Of a DNA stretch of 64,000 nucleotides, positions 60,823-64,000 are shown piece by piece; the stretch's first letter is position 1; each line of letters opens with the position of its first letter. The DNA is from Ruminococcus sp. Its GTDB lineage: Bacteria > Bacillota > Clostridia > Oscillospirales > Acutalibacteraceae. The translations under genes and the position numbers were made by a program. The notes below the pieces were generated by a model. It did not search any database. It had not been told where the DNA came from and saw only the letters and a list, made by a program, of their open reading frames with translations. The DNA lies in contig JAFTGL010000008.1 of NCBI GenBank assembly GCA_017457955.1, forward strand, positions 36,068 through 100,067, written 5' to 3'.

Positions 60823-62799
60823 ATGTGCAAAGAGTGTGAGAAAAAGACATTTTACATCACCACCCCGATCTACTACCCCTCGGGCAATCCCCATATCGGT
60901 CACTGCTACACCACCGTAGCATGCGACTCTATCGCCCGCTATAAGAGGATGCAGGGCTATGATGTGATGTTCCTGACCGGTACCGACGAGCACGGTCAGA
61001 AGATAGAGGAAAAGGCAAAGGACCGCGGCATCACCCCCAAGCAGTATGTCGATGAGATCGTCGAGATCTTCAAGAAGCTGTGGAGCTTCATGAACATCAG
61101 CTACGACCGCTATATCCGCACCACCGACGATTACCATGTCGAGGCGGTACAAAAAATCTTCAAGACCCTGTATGACAAGGGCTATATCTATAAGGGCGAG
61201 TACAAGGGCAAATATTGCACCCCCTGTGAGAGCTTCTGGACAGAGTCTCAGCTGGTCGACGGCAAGTGCCCCGAGTGTGGTCGCGACGTGATCGAAGCCA
61301 AGGAAGAAGCCTACTTCTTCAAGATGACTCCCTTCGCGGAGCGGATCGAAAAGCTCTTGACCGAGACCGACTATCTGCGCCCGCGCACGCGTGCGACAGA
61401 ATTGGTCAATAACTTCCTGCAGCCGTCAGTCGATGAAAACGGCAACAAGACGTACGGACTCGAGGATCTTTGCGTATCGCGTACCTCATTCAGCTGGGGC
61501 ATACCGGTCACCTTCGACCCCGGTCATGTCGTCTACGTCTGGATCGACGCGCTCTCTAACTATATCACCGCTCTGGGCTATGAGAACGGCGCTTATGAAG
61601 ATTACAAGACCTACTGGCCCGCCGACGTGCATATGGTCGCGAAGGATATCATGCGTTTCCACGCGATCATCTGGCCCGCGATGCTGATGGGTCTGGAAGA
61701 ACCCCTGCCCAAGCACCTCGCCGTGCACGGCTGGATCACCTTCAACGGTCAGAAGATGTCTAAGTCGCTGGGCAATGTCGTCGATCCGTTCATTCTCGGC
61801 GAGCGCTACGGCGCGGACGCGATCCGCTACCACATCATGCGCGAGATGGCTCTCGGCGCGGACAGCTCGTTCTCCAACGAGATCATGATCAACCGTATCA
61901 ACACCGACCTCGCAAACGGACTGGGCAACCTCGTTTCCCGCACCGTCGCGATGATCGACAAATACTTCGGCGGTACGCTCCCGACCGAGCGCGAGGAAGG
62001 CGACTTTGACGCCGACCTGATCGCTACCGCGACCGCGCTGAAAGAAAAAGTCGACAACTATGTCGAGAATACCCAGCTGAATCTGGCGCTCGAAGAGATC
62101 TTCAAGGTCGTTTCCCGCGCGAACAAATATATCGACGAGACCACCCCGTGGATCTTAGGCAAGGACGAGACCAGGAAAGCGCGCTTAGCAACGGTTCTCT
62201 ACAACCTGCTTGAATCTGTCCGTATCGCGTCTACCCTGCTTTCCGCGTTCATGCCCACCACCATGCCGAAGGTCTTCCTTCAGATCGGCGCGGTTGAGTA
62301 TGCGGCATATGAGAACGCCGATAAGTTCGGTGTACTGCCCCTCGACGTCACCGTACACCGCGGCGAGGCATTGTTCCCGCGTATCGACGTTGACAAGGAG
62401 ATCGAGGAACTCAACGCGATCATCAAGAACAATGAGCCGAAGGAAGAACCTGCATTTGATTTGCCCGCGCACAAGCCCGAGATCGCCTTCGACGACTTTG
62501 AAAAGGTTGAGCTGAGGGTAGCAAAGGTTCTCGCCTGCGAGAAGGTCAAGAAGAGCAAGAAGCTGTTGAAATTCACGCTCGATGACGGCGAGGGCGAGCG
62601 CACCATCCTCTCGGGTATCGCGGAGTACTACGATCCCGAGGAACTCGTCGGCAAGAACATCGCTTATGTCGCGAACCTCGCGCCCCGCAAGATGATGGGG
62701 ATCGAGAGCTGCGGCATGATCCTCTCTGCCGAGAGCGGCGAGGGACTCAAGGTCGTGACCATCGACGACTCCATCCTTCCCGGCGGAAGTCTGGTATAA
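60823..62799 (+). CDS. metG: Methionine--tRNA ligase
   Basis: YITTPIYY, HIGH, KMSKS, C-terminal tRNA-binding OB domain. Confidence 0.97.
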   Translation: MCKECEKKTFYITTPIYYPSGNPHIGHCYTTVACDSIARYKRMQGYDVMFLTGTDEHGQKIEEKAKDRGITPKQYVDEIVEIFKKLWSFMNISYDRYIRTTDDYHVEAVQKIFKTLYDKGYIYKGEYKGKYCTPCESFWTESQLVDGKCPECGRDVIEAKEEAYFFKMTPFAERIEKLLTETDYLRPRTRATELVNNFLQPSVDENGNKTYGLEDLCVSRTSFSWGIPVTFDPGHVVYVWIDALSNYITALGYENGAYEDYKTYWPADVHMVAKDIMRFHAIIWPAMLMGLEEPLPKHLAVHGWITFNGQKMSKSLGNVVDPFILGERYGADAIRYHIMREMALGADSSFSNEIMINRINTDLANGLGNLVSRTVAMIDKYFGGTLPTEREEGDFDADLIATATALKEKVDNYVENTQLNLALEEIFKVVSRANKYIDETTPWILGKDETRKARLATVLYNLLESVRIASTLLSAFMPTTMPKVFLQIGAVEYAAYENADKFGVLPLDVTVHRGEALFPRIDVDKEIEELNAIIKNNEPKEEPAFDLPAHKPEIAFDDFEKVELRVAKVLACEKVKKSKKLLKFTLDDGEGERTILSGIAEYYDPEELVGKNIAYVANLAPRKMMGIESCGMILSAESGEGLKVVTIDDSILPGGSLV

Positions 62800-62850
62800 T
62801 CAAACAAACAGGGAGAGGCACCGTCCTCTCCCCGCTTTATAGGTGAAGCT

Positions 62851-63615
62851 ATGTTACACAACATCTTTGACGCGCACGCGCATTATGACGATCGCTGGTT
62901 CGACGAGGACAGAAGTGCGCTTCTTTCTTCTTTTCCTCAAAACGGCGTTTCGTATATCGTGAACGCCGCTGTCGATATCGCGACGGCAAAGACCGCCATC
63001 GGCTATGCGGAACAGTATCCGTTTATGTATGCCTGCGCGGGGATCCATCCCGAGAACCTCAGCGGACTTGCTTCGGATTATCTCGAACAACTGACAGAGT
63101 TATTGAAGCACCCGCGGGTGGTCGCGCTCGGCGAGATCGGACTCGACTACCACTGGGATATCCCGCGGGATGAACAGAACCGCGTCTTTGAAGAGCAATT
63201 AAAACTTGCGCGCGAGCTGGACGTTCCCGTCGTGATCCACGACCGTGAAGCCCACGGCGACGTGATGGCACTGCTCAGGAAGTATCAGCCGAAAGGGCTG
63301 ATGCACTGCTTCTCGGGCAGTGTGGAAATGCTCAAAGAAGTATTGAAGCTCGGCATGAGTATCTCTCTCGGCGGCACGGTGACCTTCAAGAACGCTCGCG
63401 TTCCCGTCGAGGTCGCCGCGGCAGTTCCCCTCGACCGACTCCTGCTCGAGACCGACGCGCCCTACCTCAGCCCCGTGCCGAACCGCGGTAAGCGCAACGA
63501 CAGCACAAATATCGCCTACACCGCGCAGAGGATCGCCGAGATCCGCAACATGGACGCGCAGGAGCTGATCGACGTCACCACCGGGAACGCCAAAAGATTG
63601 TACGGCATCAAATAA
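62851..63615 (+). CDS. TatD family hydrolase
   Basis: DAHAH, GEIGLDY, IHDREA, HCFSG, LETDAPY. Confidence 0.93.
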   Translation: MLHNIFDAHAHYDDRWFDEDRSALLSSFPQNGVSYIVNAAVDIATAKTAIGYAEQYPFMYACAGIHPENLSGLASDYLEQLTELLKHPRVVALGEIGLDYHWDIPRDEQNRVFEEQLKLARELDVPVVIHDREAHGDVMALLRKYQPKGLMHCFSGSVEMLKEVLKLGMSISLGGTVTFKNARVPVEVAAAVPLDRLLLETDAPYLSPVPNRGKRNDSTNIAYTAQRIAEIRNMDAQELIDVTTGNAKRLYGIK

Positions 63616-63783
63616 ATCCTGCCACCCTCGGCAGGACTTGACAAATCTGATATTATTACAGTAAAAATCGGCTTAAAACCTGACCGCACCGCTCTGTCAA
63701 CATCGTTTGACACGGGTGGTGCTTGCTTTTTGAACACCCCTGACGTATGATAAGGTCAAACCGAAACGGAAAGGATGAACAAC

Positions 63784-64000
63784 ATGGAAAACAATCAACC
63801 TGACTTTATGAAGAACCGCCCCGGCTCGCAGACGGCGAACCAGATCAAAGACGTCTACGGTTCGCAGAAACGTTCTACACGCGTCACGGTGACCGCGGTG
63901 CTCGCTGTGATCGACCTTATCATACTCATCATCGGGCTGGTCACCGGCAATTGGTTTTTGATCGTGATTTTTGCTCCGCTGCTGGTGTTCCTGATCCTCT
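63784..64000 (+). CDS. Membrane protein, truncated by window end
   Basis: RBS AAAGGA; open frame to the edge with two hydrophobic segments. Confidence 0.55.
   Translation, partial: MENNQPDFMKNRPGSQTANQIKDVYGSQKRSTRVTVTAVLAVIDLIILIIGLVTGNWFLIVIFAPLLVFLIL

Overview
Bacterial chromosomal window from a Clostridia-type Firmicute; dockerin style, gene content and GC-rich codon usage suggest a Ruminococcus-like gut or rumen organism (inference). 0.6-15.8 kb: a raffinose/alpha-galactoside cluster (ABC binding protein and two permeases, AraC regulator, GH36 alpha-galactosidase, galK/galT/galE, sugar O-acetyltransferase, PfkB kinase, GH13 amylosucrase-like enzyme). 15.9-19.4 kb: a coupled module of a signal-peptide-less ParB/Srx-like::BMP-domain fusion, a metallophosphoesterase, a YczE-like membrane protein and an internally deleted GNAT; this is the best candidate for an uncharacterised system. 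About 19.7-26.4 kb: an AT-richer integrative mobilisable element (HTH protein, RHH accessory protein, MobP3-type relaxase, TnpW-like ORF, large serine recombinase) whose cargo is a secreted dockerin + transglutaminase-like protein. Then a MATE transporter with a riboswitch-like leader, two oppositely oriented Fn3-like-repeat surface proteins (one cohesin-like, one with a C39-like peptidase), and housekeeping genes (nadE, mtnN, rsmE, CinA/PncC, malQ, glgP, Rrf2, mnmA, cysK with a Cys-containing uORF, rimP-nusA-infB-rbfA-truB, OGG glycosylase, metG, TatD). No rRNA, tRNA or CRISPR array was seen. All family calls come from recognising motifs by eye; no database searches were run.
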